64,000 bases of DNA from Promethearchaeota archaeon. GTDB lineage: Archaea > Asgardarchaeota > Lokiarchaeia > Sigyniarchaeales > SOKP01. Shown here one piece after another: positions 10,736-20,049 of this stretch. Position 1 is the stretch's first letter; each line of letters opens with the position of its first letter. The notes below the pieces were generated by a model. It saw only the letters and a list, made by a program, of their open reading frames with translations, made no database searches and was not told the origin of the DNA. The position numbers and the translations under genes are program-made. The stretch lies in the NCBI GenBank assembly GCA_016839555.1, contig JAEOUA010000006.1:352001-416000 (forward strand), in the 5' to 3' direction.

Positions 10736-11509
10736 TTATATAATTTCTTTGAATATTTCTTTTGCAATTTGATAAGTGGGATTAGAATCTGGTAATTCTA
10801 AAAGACTTTTTCCATTAAAGTTATATTCAAGAATTTGATTATCATCTGGAAAAAATCCTAATAGTTTAACATTGTTTTTTTTTAAGTTTTCAACTTCTTT
10901 TTCTAAAACTTCTTTTAAAGAATCTGGAAATCGATTTCCAAGAATCCATATATTTTCAAATTTTAAACTTACTTCATCTATTAACTCGATAATTCTTTTC
11001 ATAGTATGAAACCCCATTTTTGAGGGATCAGTCACAATTATTAAATCTGTTACGTCTCTACCCGTTTTCCGTGAAAAATGTTCTAATCCCGCCGGAGAAT
11101 CAATTAATGTGAATTGATAATTTTTGGATAAGGTATCTACTACATTCTTTAAAACATTATTAATGAAGCAATAGCAACCACTCCCTTCTTGTCTTCCCAT
11201 CTCCAAGATGTCAAAGTCGTCCATTTCAATTATCGAGCTAAACACATCCCCTTCGATGATTTGATTTTTAGGCATGTCAAGTGGTAGCAACTGTTTTTCT
11301 ATTTTGCGTTTTAATTCTTGCATTTTGGATGCTAATGTATCAGAAAAATCAACTTTTCTTCCAATTACATCTCCGACATTCGCGTCAGGATCGGAATCTA
11401 TAACTAAAATATCAGCAGAGTCGTTTTCTGTCAAGAATTTAAGAAAGAGAGCTAAAGATGTGGTCTTTCCCACTCCTCCTTTTCCGGCAAAGGCTATAAC
11501 TTTTTTCAT
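10736..11509 (-). CDS. cooC: CooC/AcsF-type nickel-insertion ATPase (CODH/ACS maturation)
   Basis: GKGGVGKT, IDSDPDAN, GCYC metal motif, DSPAGLEHFSR. Confidence 0.9.
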   Translation of the reverse strand: MKKVIAFAGKGGVGKTTSLALFLKFLTENDSADILVIDSDPDANVGDVIGRKVDFSDTLASKMQELKRKIEKQLLPLDMPKNQIIEGDVFSSIIEMDDFDILEMGRQEGSGCYCFINNVLKNVVDTLSKNYQFTLIDSPAGLEHFSRKTGRDVTDLIIVTDPSKMGFHTMKRIIELIDEVSLKFENIWILGNRFPDSLKEVLEKEVENLKKNNVKLLGFFPDDNQILEYNFNGKSLLELPDSNPTYQIAKEIFKEII

Positions 11510-11679
11510 TTTCTTACAAGTTTTACTACCTTATATATTCTATATTAAAAAATGGAGAGAATATTAAAAATTTAATAGTGATATTTTAAAAATAATTTGG
11601 AAATTAAAAAAGAATTTAAAATGACTTCTTAAGATATAATTAATAAATAATTAAGGATAAAGAATAAGAAATCTACATA

Positions 11680-12495
11680 CTATTGCTGTTGTTTGTAGAG
11701 CGGAATAATATTTGAGGTAAAGTCTTCAAGGGTGTATGGGAAATCATCTTCACTAGCAATTTTTCCAAGTTCTAACGAGATTTCTCTCGCAAGCAACCAA
11801 AACGCTAAACCTAATGCTTTTTTACCGCGATTATTTGCGGGGACTGCTAAATCAATTCCAGAAAGTGTGTCGTCGGTATCAAATAAAGAGACTACGGGAA
11901 TTCTCGCATGTTTAGCTTCTTCAAGAATTACTTTATCTGCATGGGGATCAACGATAAATACGACACTAGCATCCTTAATATATGTGTCAATATTTGGATT
12001 CGTAAGGGTACCAGGTATGAAGCGGTCTACAATGGCTCGACAACTAAGCGCTTCAGAGAATTTTCTGACGGGCTCCTTCCCATATCTTCGTACGGAAGAT
12101 ACAATTACCTTATCACTATCTTCTTCAATATATTTACTAAGAAATTTTGCAGCGATTTTTATTCGTTCTTCGGTTTTTGTGAGGTCTATTACATATAGTC
12201 CATAATTAGTTTGACGGTAAATAAACCTGCGGGCATCTCCAGTTAAAAGTTTGGTTCCTATATGAATTCCACAACTTAGAAAGAGATTTTTCTTTTCTTC
12301 ATCTTTATCTATTATTTTTTCTTCTTCCTCAAGGGCGCTAATATCCTCAGTATCAAGTAAATCTAGTTCTTCTTCTAAATCTAAATCATCTTCAAAATCT
12401 TCTTCAAATGTTTCTATAAAATCTTCTTCAAAATCTACCAGAGGTTCTTCATCCTCATTCTCAATTTCTTCAGACTTTTTCTTCTTTTTAGCCAC
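11680..12495 (-). CDS. rps2: 30S ribosomal protein uS2 with acidic N-terminal extension
   Basis: GIHIGT, RFIPGTLTNP, DPHAD, PANNRG. Confidence 0.95.
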   Translation of the reverse strand: MAKKKKKSEEIENEDEEPLVDFEEDFIETFEEDFEDDLDLEEELDLLDTEDISALEEEEKIIDKDEEKKNLFLSCGIHIGTKLLTGDARRFIYRQTNYGLYVIDLTKTEERIKIAAKFLSKYIEEDSDKVIVSSVRRYGKEPVRKFSEALSCRAIVDRFIPGTLTNPNIDTYIKDASVVFIVDPHADKVILEEAKHARIPVVSLFDTDDTLSGIDLAVPANNRGKKALGLAFWLLAREISLELGKIASEDDFPYTLEDFTSNIIPLYKQQQ

Positions 12496-12873
12496 GATAT
12501 AAACCTAGATATGATTAAAAAATTGTTATTAATAATTTGTTAATAAATAGAATGTAATATAGTTTTAATAATTTATTGAATCTCTTTATTCTTTAAATGA
12601 GTTCTTTTAAGGAATACTTATTGTTAAAACAATTTGATTATTGCTATGAAATTTTTTTTAAAAGAGATTGATGGATTTAGGAATTTCATAAAATTCTCGT
12701 TATAAAATATACAAATAGTCGGTTTAAAATAAATTAATATAAATCTAAACTATGATTAGTGGAGTACTTTAAAATCTCAATTTTTTTGAATAATTGTCAA
12801 AATTAAAATATTAATATTATTTCATTTCTTTAAAAAATCAATAAGAAATTTAAAAAAATTAAAAGTTGATAAT

Positions 12874-13356
12874 ATGGTTAGATTGGCTATAGGGGTTGGT
12901 GTGGGTATAATTTTAAGTTTTTTCAGCGTATCTCTTTTCAATGAATGGGAAACTTTTCGCACATCTTTACAATTTTCCCAATATAGTGTATTGCAGGCAA
13001 TCGGAAATTTGATCGGAGATATATTTGATTTTGATATTATTCATTTTTTCTCATCAGGACCTTATAATATTGATAATTTCTTTCAACCAGCCCTTTTGGC
13101 ATGCTTATTAATGGGACTTATTTCAGGGGCTATTGCGAGGGGTCTTAGAAGGGGCTTTATTGCTGGTGTGTTAGTTATCGTTCTTTCCTTATTAATATGG
13201 ATTTGTTTGAGTATTTTTGCAGGAACTGATCTCATTTCATTATTTCAAGGACCACAGCTTATCGAGACGATTGGAGGGATCTTAGGTGCCCTTACAGGAG
13301 GAATTCTGGGAGGATTAGCAGGAGGATTTATTTCTAGAATACGGGAAACTGATTAA
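12874..13356 (+). CDS. Gly-rich membrane protein (DUF5518-like)
   Basis: Four TM helices with GxxxG repeats (GLISGAIARG..RGFIAG; GGILGGLAGG). Confidence 0.65.
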   Translation: MVRLAIGVGVGIILSFFSVSLFNEWETFRTSLQFSQYSVLQAIGNLIGDIFDFDIIHFFSSGPYNIDNFFQPALLACLLMGLISGAIARGLRRGFIAGVLVIVLSLLIWICLSIFAGTDLISLFQGPQLIETIGGILGALTGGILGGLAGGFISRIRETD

Positions 13357-13470
13357 ATTCAATTTTTTCTTTTGTACATCTTAAAATTTTTCATTCAAAT
13401 CTACAAAACATTAAAAAGATCAAATCATCGTTAATTTAATTTTAAAATTTGTTTCTTTGTTAAAAATACA

Positions 13471-14034
13471 ATGAGCACCAAAAAAAATAAACCTCATGAA
13501 AACAAAGGAAATAATAGAATACCCACTCGAGATTTTGCATTTGAATTATTAAGGAAAGTGAAACTGCCATTTAATATTAGACGGCATTCAATTAATGTAG
13601 CAAATAAAGCATTAAAAATAGCTAATAAAATTAAAAAAATTCAAGTAAATAAAAATTTAGTGGAAATCGGCGCATTATTACATGATATTGGGAGATGCAT
13701 AAGTCATGGTTTCGACCATGGGCTCTTAGGGGGAGAGATTTTACTAAGTTATGGTCTTTCAGAACGATTAGCAAGAATATGTGAAACTCATCTTCTAGGA
13801 GGGTTAGATAAGGAAGATGCAAAAAAAGTGGGGTTACCTATTAAGGATTATCTACCAAATACATTGGAAGAAAAGATTGTATGTTTAGCAGATAAGCATA
13901 TGAAGGGAAGGCATGAAGTATCTATTGAAGATCGCTTCCAAATATGGTTCAAAAAATATGGAAAAACTAAAATATTATTAAAATCAAAAAGAAGAGTGGA
14001 GCGAATTCAAAAAGAAATTAAAGCTCTTTTTTAA
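13471..14034 (+). CDS. HD-domain (HDIG) phosphohydrolase
   Basis: H...LLHDIG, HG, ETH, P.TLEEKIVCLADK. Confidence 0.88.
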   Translation: MSTKKNKPHENKGNNRIPTRDFAFELLRKVKLPFNIRRHSINVANKALKIANKIKKIQVNKNLVEIGALLHDIGRCISHGFDHGLLGGEILLSYGLSERLARICETHLLGGLDKEDAKKVGLPIKDYLPNTLEEKIVCLADKHMKGRHEVSIEDRFQIWFKKYGKTKILLKSKRRVERIQKEIKALF

Positions 14035-14509
14035 TTTTATTTAATATCCCGTTTTCTTCAATTATGTTAAATAAAAATTCTGGTAATTTATTAAAATTGA
14101 TTGCTCTACCTGTTGAAAGATTTTTTATCAATCCCTCTTGTAATATTATTTCTATATGATCTCCTTCAGAAAAATCCTCATCTTTCCAATTATAAGTGAT
14201 TCCAGGGATACCTTGATTTATTAAGTTCCTAAAATATATTCTTGCAAAAGATTTTGCGATGATCGCTTGTATCCCAAGAATTTTAAACACATTAACAGCC
14301 TCTTCACGAGAGCTCCCACAGCCAAAATTTTCTCCGGCAACGATGATATTTAATTTTTCTACTTTTTGAGGAAAGTCTGAATCAATTTCTTCGCAAGTAT
14401 ATTGAGCCATCTCATAAGAATCTCTAAGGGTCAAACAATGACTTGGAACAATATCATCAGTATTTATATTATTTCCCATAATATATACGAAACCTTCTAT
14501 TTTTTTCAT
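14018..14509 (-). CDS. leuD: 3-isopropylmalate dehydratase/homoaconitase small subunit
   Basis: NTDDI, NFGCGSSRE, SFARIYFRN. Substrate specificity (Leu vs HAC) is not resolved. Confidence 0.88.
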   Translation of the reverse strand: MKKIEGFVYIMGNNINTDDIVPSHCLTLRDSYEMAQYTCEEIDSDFPQKVEKLNIIVAGENFGCGSSREEAVNVFKILGIQAIIAKSFARIYFRNLINQGIPGITYNWKDEDFSEGDHIEIILQEGLIKNLSTGRAINFNKLPEFLFNIIEENGILNKIKKEL

Positions 14510-14511
14510 AT

Positions 14512-15771
14512 TTATAACACTTCTCTTGGATCAGTTATTTTTCCTTTAATAGCCGAAGCTGCTACCGTAGCTGGTGAAGCTAAATATACTTTAGAAGTTG
14601 GGTCTCCCATTCGACCTGCAAAATTTCTGTTCGTGCTACTAATACACACTTCTTCTTTACCCAAAACTCCTAAATGGCCTCCAATACAAGGCCCACAAGT
14701 GCTATTGCCTAAAACAGCACCTGCTTTAATAAAAACTTCAATAAGACCTTCTTCAAGAGCTTCTAAATATATTTTTTTAGATGCAGGGATAATAATCAAC
14801 CTTGTTTGTTTATTAACTTGGTTTCCATTTAAAATAGTTGCAGCAATTCTGAGATCTTCTATTCTACCATTTGTACAACTTCCAAGAAATGCTTGATCGA
14901 TATTAATTCCCTCAACATCATTAATTTCTGCAATATTTCCTGGACTATGAGGTTTAGCTACAACTGGGATAAGATCAGACAAGTTATATTCAAATTCTTT
15001 TTCATAAGATGCATCTTCATCCGGAATTACAAAGTTGTATGGTTTTTTCGTGATTTTATTTAACCAATCTTTTAATTTTTTATCTGGGAGAAAAATTCCA
15101 AATTTTGCTCCAGCTTCAACTACCATATTCGAGATGGTCATTCTCCCATCAATTGAAAGCGACTCAGCTCCTGTTCCATGAAATTCTAATGACTTGTAAA
15201 GTGCACCTTTTGTAGAAATATCACCTATGAATTTAAGAATGAAATCTTTTGCCATTACTGCTTTAGGTAATTCTCCAGATAAATTGATTTTATACGAGTT
15301 TGGGACTTTGAACCAGAGTTTTCCAGTCGCAAAAACAACTGATACATCTGTTGCTCCAATACCAGTAGAGAGGCAATTAAAAGCGCCATATGTAGTAGTA
15401 TGACTATCACTTCCAACAATTAACATTCCAGGTCTAGCGAATCCTTTCTCTGGTAATACTTGATGACATATGCCTTCATTCATTCCCATATTGTGGACAA
15501 ATTTGTACTTTTTAGCAAATTGTCTACAAACTTGATGCATTTGTGCGGCGGAGATTGTTGGGGCGGGTACCCAATGATCCAGAATAAAAAATATTTTATT
15601 GGGATCCCACACATAATCTAAGTCTAATTTTTTATATTCTTCATGGATCCTACCCCCTAATTGCTCATGAATCATGACCATATCAATTTCTGCCTCAATA
15701 AATTGCCCAGGAGTTATCTCATCTATTTCCGAATGTTCTAAGAGAATTTTTTCGCAGATTGTATAAGCCAT
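14512..15771 (-). CDS. leuC: 3-isopropylmalate dehydratase/homoaconitase large subunit
   Basis: GICHQ, DSHT, GSCTNGR, CGPCIG, STNRNFAGRMG. Confidence 0.9.
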   Translation of the reverse strand: MAYTICEKILLEHSEIDEITPGQFIEAEIDMVMIHEQLGGRIHEEYKKLDLDYVWDPNKIFFILDHWVPAPTISAAQMHQVCRQFAKKYKFVHNMGMNEGICHQVLPEKGFARPGMLIVGSDSHTTTYGAFNCLSTGIGATDVSVVFATGKLWFKVPNSYKINLSGELPKAVMAKDFILKFIGDISTKGALYKSLEFHGTGAESLSIDGRMTISNMVVEAGAKFGIFLPDKKLKDWLNKITKKPYNFVIPDEDASYEKEFEYNLSDLIPVVAKPHSPGNIAEINDVEGINIDQAFLGSCTNGRIEDLRIAATILNGNQVNKQTRLIIIPASKKIYLEALEEGLIEVFIKAGAVLGNSTCGPCIGGHLGVLGKEEVCISSTNRNFAGRMGDPTSKVYLASPATVAASAIKGKITDPREVL

Positions 15772-15781
15772 TTTTTATTTT

Positions 15782-17098
15782 TTATTTTTTAATTTTATTT
15801 TTTAATTTTTGAAAATCGGCGTCTATTTCTAATAGGGCATTTTTTAATAATACACAAGTGTCTTTTAGGATTTTAGGATCAACTTTGTCAGCACTATCTT
15901 CCGGAGTATGTGCCCATTTTGAGGCTGAAATCGAGCCTAAATCAATTGCATTAAATTTTCGTGCATGAAATGGTAGAGAATCCGTATGAGCACCAGTTAA
16001 GAAGTGAATTCCATATATATCTATATTTCTTTTCCTAGCTGCTTTTTCCAAATATTTGCTTAATAAAGATGTTAATTCTTTTTTGGGGATTATTCCATAT
16101 GATTCAATATATTCTATTCTATTGTGTTTGCAATTTTTACAGGAAATCATATCTAGATTAAATTGAAATACTTTTTCTTTTGAAAAAAGATGTTCATGCT
16201 TATTAAGAAATATCCTTGATCCCATAGTACCAAGTTCCTCAGCAGAAAATTGGCAAAACCATAAATAAAAATTATTCAAAGGATGTTTTCTAAAATATGA
16301 ACTTAATTCAAATACAATAGCCATGCCCGAGGCATTATCTAGTGCGCCAGGAGATTTATTATGGGTACTCAGAAACATTAAAAAAAGATTAGCGGTTATT
16401 ACGAATCCTGCTGAAAGCCATAGACCAAAATCTAATATAAATCCCGCCAAAATCCAAGAGCGGATATTAACTGAAAAAAATAGAGCCATAAATAGCAAAT
16501 ACCAAAATGCTTTTGCAATCATAATGAGACAAAATGAAATCCCCCCGAAAAGGAATATCCGATAAATATTGACTCTCCATTGAGTTTTTAAATTTTGAGA
16601 CTTTGAGTCCAGATGAGCGGATATAACAAGATTACCTGCTTTATTATTAGTTAAAAGTTTTGCGGGTACTTTTACAAATACATTTGTAGCATCAAATATC
16701 TCTCCATAATATTTTCCCCAAAAACCTGGATTTTCCGGAGATTTTAATCCTCTGAGAATTAATAAGACAATGAGGCTTAACACACCTAATATAAAGAGAG
16801 AAATCAGAATTTCTATATAACTAAATAAGAGAAATGCCAATAAAAATACACATGTTATCATAGCAATTAATTTAATTAAGGTTGTGGAATAGAAATCTGA
16901 AAATTGAAACAATTCTTTTTTAATTTCTTTCCTATTAAAACCTAATTCTTTGAATTTTTTTACAGTCAGCTCTACGGCTTTCTCCTCTCCTTCCGTCCCA
17001 GCTAAACGTGGAAAACTGAATTCTTTAACATATTCAAATAATCGCTTTTCATTAAATGACTGGTCTTCGAACACTTTACTATTTGCTTTTATTACCAT
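15782..17098 (-). CDS. Membrane-embedded M28 family zinc peptidase (paralog of 5816..6991)
   Basis: FPRLAGT, AHLDSKSQ, SPGALDNASG, AEELG, NLDM, HTPED; same TM insertions as the paralog. Confidence 0.82.
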   Translation of the reverse strand: MVIKANSKVFEDQSFNEKRLFEYVKEFSFPRLAGTEGEEKAVELTVKKFKELGFNRKEIKKELFQFSDFYSTTLIKLIAMITCVFLLAFLLFSYIEILISLFILGVLSLIVLLILRGLKSPENPGFWGKYYGEIFDATNVFVKVPAKLLTNNKAGNLVISAHLDSKSQNLKTQWRVNIYRIFLFGGISFCLIMIAKAFWYLLFMALFFSVNIRSWILAGFILDFGLWLSAGFVITANLFLMFLSTHNKSPGALDNASGMAIVFELSSYFRKHPLNNFYLWFCQFSAEELGTMGSRIFLNKHEHLFSKEKVFQFNLDMISCKNCKHNRIEYIESYGIIPKKELTSLLSKYLEKAARKRNIDIYGIHFLTGAHTDSLPFHARKFNAIDLGSISASKWAHTPEDSADKVDPKILKDTCVLLKNALLEIDADFQKLKNKIKK

Positions 17099-17121
17099 TT
17101 CAATTTATTTCAATAATTTTT

Positions 17122-17715
17122 TTAGAATTGAATTTTTTTTAATTCATTCATAACGATTTTTTGGATTTGCTTTTGCACTGTTTCTATTTTATCATCAGAA
17201 TTGATGACATAATAGTTATTTTCTTCCGCTCTCTTAAGATACAATTCCCTCACTTTTCTTAAAAAAGTAATATTCTCAAATTTTTCTAATTTTTGTTCTT
17301 TTTTTCTTTGAAGGGAAAGTTCTGGAGGAATATCAAGAATAATAGTGATATTAGGCTCTTCCACAAACTTATTTAAAGTTTTAATCCATTCTATAGATAA
17401 TAATTCGGATTGAGAGGATTGATATACTACAGAAGATTCTAAGAATCTATCTGAAATTACAATATAATTGCGCTCTATTTTCTGTTTTATTTCATTAAAG
17501 AAATGATGAGACCTGTCAGCAGCAAATAAAAGAGCATCAGTAGAAGGATGAACATCGTTATTCTTTAAATATTTTCGTAAAAGTAGCCCTATTTCATTAT
17601 TAGAAGGTTCTTTTGTGAGATGAATTTTATAACCTTTCGCAATTAAAAATTCAGAAAGCAAGCTACAGTGAGTTGTGGTACCACATCCGTCAATTCCTTC
17701 AAAACATATATGCAA
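17122..17715 (-). CDS. tmk: Thymidylate kinase
   Basis: FEGIDGCGTTT (variant P-loop), KEP, LFAADR, SDRFLESSVVYQ. Confidence 0.9.
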   Translation of the reverse strand: MHICFEGIDGCGTTTHCSLLSEFLIAKGYKIHLTKEPSNNEIGLLLRKYLKNNDVHPSTDALLFAADRSHHFFNEIKQKIERNYIVISDRFLESSVVYQSSQSELLSIEWIKTLNKFVEEPNITIILDIPPELSLQRKKEQKLEKFENITFLRKVRELYLKRAEENNYYVINSDDKIETVQKQIQKIVMNELKKIQF

Positions 17716-17973
17716 GTTTTTCTTACTCCACTAATTGTGAGTATCAAAAATATAAATAGAACTATATAAATTAAAACTAAATCTTCTATTTAAAATATTC
17801 ATAAAGAGAAATTAAAATTTTCCATATAGTCATTTTCTAAAAAGATTTAAATAACTTTAATTAAATGTTATTATATATTATTCTAAACGGTTGGAATAAT
17901 CATAAACTATCCGAATCGTTTTTAGAATTTTTATTAGCAAAATAATAACAATTACTGGATAGTCTTATATAAA

Positions 17974-18402
17974 ATGTTAGGAAAAAAATATGCGTATTGC
18001 CCAAATTGTAGAACAAGAATTAAAAATCCAAAAAGAAAAAAGCTAACATCTTATAATTATCAAATATTAATTATCGCTTCGATTGCCACATTAGGAGTTG
18101 GTCTAGTAGCATTTATTCTTTATAGGTTAATATTTCAGAAGAAGAAATACTGTCCTGAATGCCAAAGTATTGTGGAATTTTATAAGTCCCCGGAGGAGTT
18201 TCCAAAAAAGGTAGCAGTTAAAAATCTGCTTGAACGGCTTGAAATAGAGAGAGTAAAAGAAAAATCTAAAGACGAAATTAAAAAAGAAGAGGATAAAGTT
18301 CTCTTAGAAGATACCTATATTATATGTTCTTTTTGTGGTGAAAAAATTGAGGCGGGTTTAGACGTATGCCCTTTTTGCGGAAAGGAACAAAAACCTTCTT
18401 AA
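17974..18402 (+). CDS. LITAF-like zinc-ribbon membrane protein with C-terminal zinc ribbon
   Basis: CPNC - hydrophobic segment - CPEC, then CSFC/CPFC. Confidence 0.7.
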   Translation: MLGKKYAYCPNCRTRIKNPKRKKLTSYNYQILIIASIATLGVGLVAFILYRLIFQKKKYCPECQSIVEFYKSPEEFPKKVAVKNLLERLEIERVKEKSKDEIKKEEDKVLLEDTYIICSFCGEKIEAGLDVCPFCGKEQKPS

Positions 18403-18597
18403 ATTATGTTTATAGGCATATTGGGAAAAAATATTAAAGAACCTAAATATTTACATCTTAATAATAAAATAAAAAATTAATTATTTGCTTATTAAAAATT
18501 GGTCTAAATATCTTTTTAATAACATTTATATATTTAAATATTTAGAGCTTATTAATAAAATGAAAACTTACCGAAAATAAATTGGAGGAATATAGAG

Positions 18598-18987
18598 ATG
18601 GAACGAGGATATTGTCCGCATTGCAATAAGATCGTGAAGGCGAAACGAGAGGATCTAGATCTCCTACTAATTATAATTCTGGCCATCTTTACAGCAGGAA
18701 TTGGGGTGGCGATTTATTTAGCCATTTTTTATTCAAAATATGAGAAAAACCTGTGTATCAATTGCAATCATAAATTAAAACCCATAACAGGAGAAGAAGC
18801 ATTATCTCAAGAAGAGATGATACCAATAGTAAATCCCTATAAGCTTAGTTCAAAAGAGGAGATTTCCGAAACGGATAATTTTTATACAGGAAAACAACTA
18901 ACTTTATGCCCTTATTGTGGACAGAGAATTGAACCTGGAATAAAAATTTGTCCTAATTGTAATAGTTTAATTGAACCGGGAGAATAG
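18598..18987 (+). CDS. LITAF-like zinc-ribbon membrane protein (paralog of 17974..18402)
   Basis: CPHC - hydrophobic (IFTAGIG) - CINC, then CPYC/CPNC. Confidence 0.7.
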   Translation: MERGYCPHCNKIVKAKREDLDLLLIIILAIFTAGIGVAIYLAIFYSKYEKNLCINCNHKLKPITGEEALSQEEMIPIVNPYKLSSKEEISETDNFYTGKQLTLCPYCGQRIEPGIKICPNCNSLIEPGE

Positions 18988-19121
18988 ATGTTTTTCCTTC
19001 CTTATTTATAAAAAATCTTACCTTTTAAAAAATAAGTATTAAAAGAAATTATTAAATTAATACAAGTTTATTTTACACAATCAAAATTATTTTTGACAAA
19101 TAATGCTTAAGGTGGTTAAAA

Positions 19122-20018
19122 GTGGTAAGTAAAGGAATGCGTAGAGTTTTAAAATTCCTCGAAAAAAGAAATGAACTTGAAGTGAAGCAGAAAGTTGCTG
19201 AATCCAGGGAAAGTTTAGAGAGCTTGGCAACCCTTGTTGAGCTTCCTGATGATGTGGAACTAAACCATATCGAAATAAATGGAATTAAAGCTGTTTGGAT
19301 TGATACTCCTCAATCAAATTCTGAAAATATTATCCTTTATCTACACGGGGGAGGATATATGGAAGGATCTTTGACAACTCATCAAGACTTAGCGATGAGA
19401 ATTGGAAGGGCTTCAAAAGCACGTGTACTCTTAATTGACTATAGGTTAGCACCTGAAAAACCTTTCCCTGCCGCTTTGAATGATACTATTTCATGGTATG
19501 AATGGTTAATTGGCAGTCAAAAAATACCCTCCTCAAATATTATATTAGCAGGCGACTCAGCTGGAGGTGGTTTAGTTTTAGCTACACTATTAAAACTCAA
19601 ACAATTAGAAATTCAATTACCATCTGCAGCAATATGTCTTTCTCCATGGACAGATTTAGCAATGGAAGGGGAATCTATCAAAACCAAGGCAGATATCGAT
19701 AAATTTTTAAAAATATGGGACTTATTTTTTATGGCTTCTTTATATATTCAAGATAATGATCCTAAAAATCCCTTTATCTCTCCTCTATATGGAGATTTGG
19801 GTGGACTTCCACCATTACTTATTCATGTGGGAAACTCGGAAATTCTTTTAGATGATTCAGTACGCCTAGCTAAAAAGGCTGAAAAAGCCGGTATTGAAGT
19901 GGAATTAAGTATTTGGGAAGATATGATTCATGTATTTCAAGCGTTCGCTGATTGGGCACCCGAGGGAAAAGAAGCTATTGACAAAATCGGGCAATTCGCA
20001 CAATCACATTTTAAATAA
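19122..20018 (+). CDS. Alpha/beta hydrolase, HSL-family esterase
   Basis: HGGG oxyanion motif, YRLAPE, GDSAGG nucleophile, terminal H. Confidence 0.92.
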   Translation: MVSKGMRRVLKFLEKRNELEVKQKVAESRESLESLATLVELPDDVELNHIEINGIKAVWIDTPQSNSENIILYLHGGGYMEGSLTTHQDLAMRIGRASKARVLLIDYRLAPEKPFPAALNDTISWYEWLIGSQKIPSSNIILAGDSAGGGLVLATLLKLKQLEIQLPSAAICLSPWTDLAMEGESIKTKADIDKFLKIWDLFFMASLYIQDNDPKNPFISPLYGDLGGLPPLLIHVGNSEILLDDSVRLAKKAEKAGIEVELSIWEDMIHVFQAFADWAPEGKEAIDKIGQFAQSHFK

Positions 20019-20049
20019 AGTTTAAATAAGTATTGTGGTGTCCGCCCTT

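Noticed and set aside
17680-17715. Thr instead of the P-loop Lys in Tmk, suggesting inactivation
   Set aside because: All other Tmk motifs are intact and I recall GxGTTT variants in other Tmk proteins, so there is no basis for a pseudogene call.
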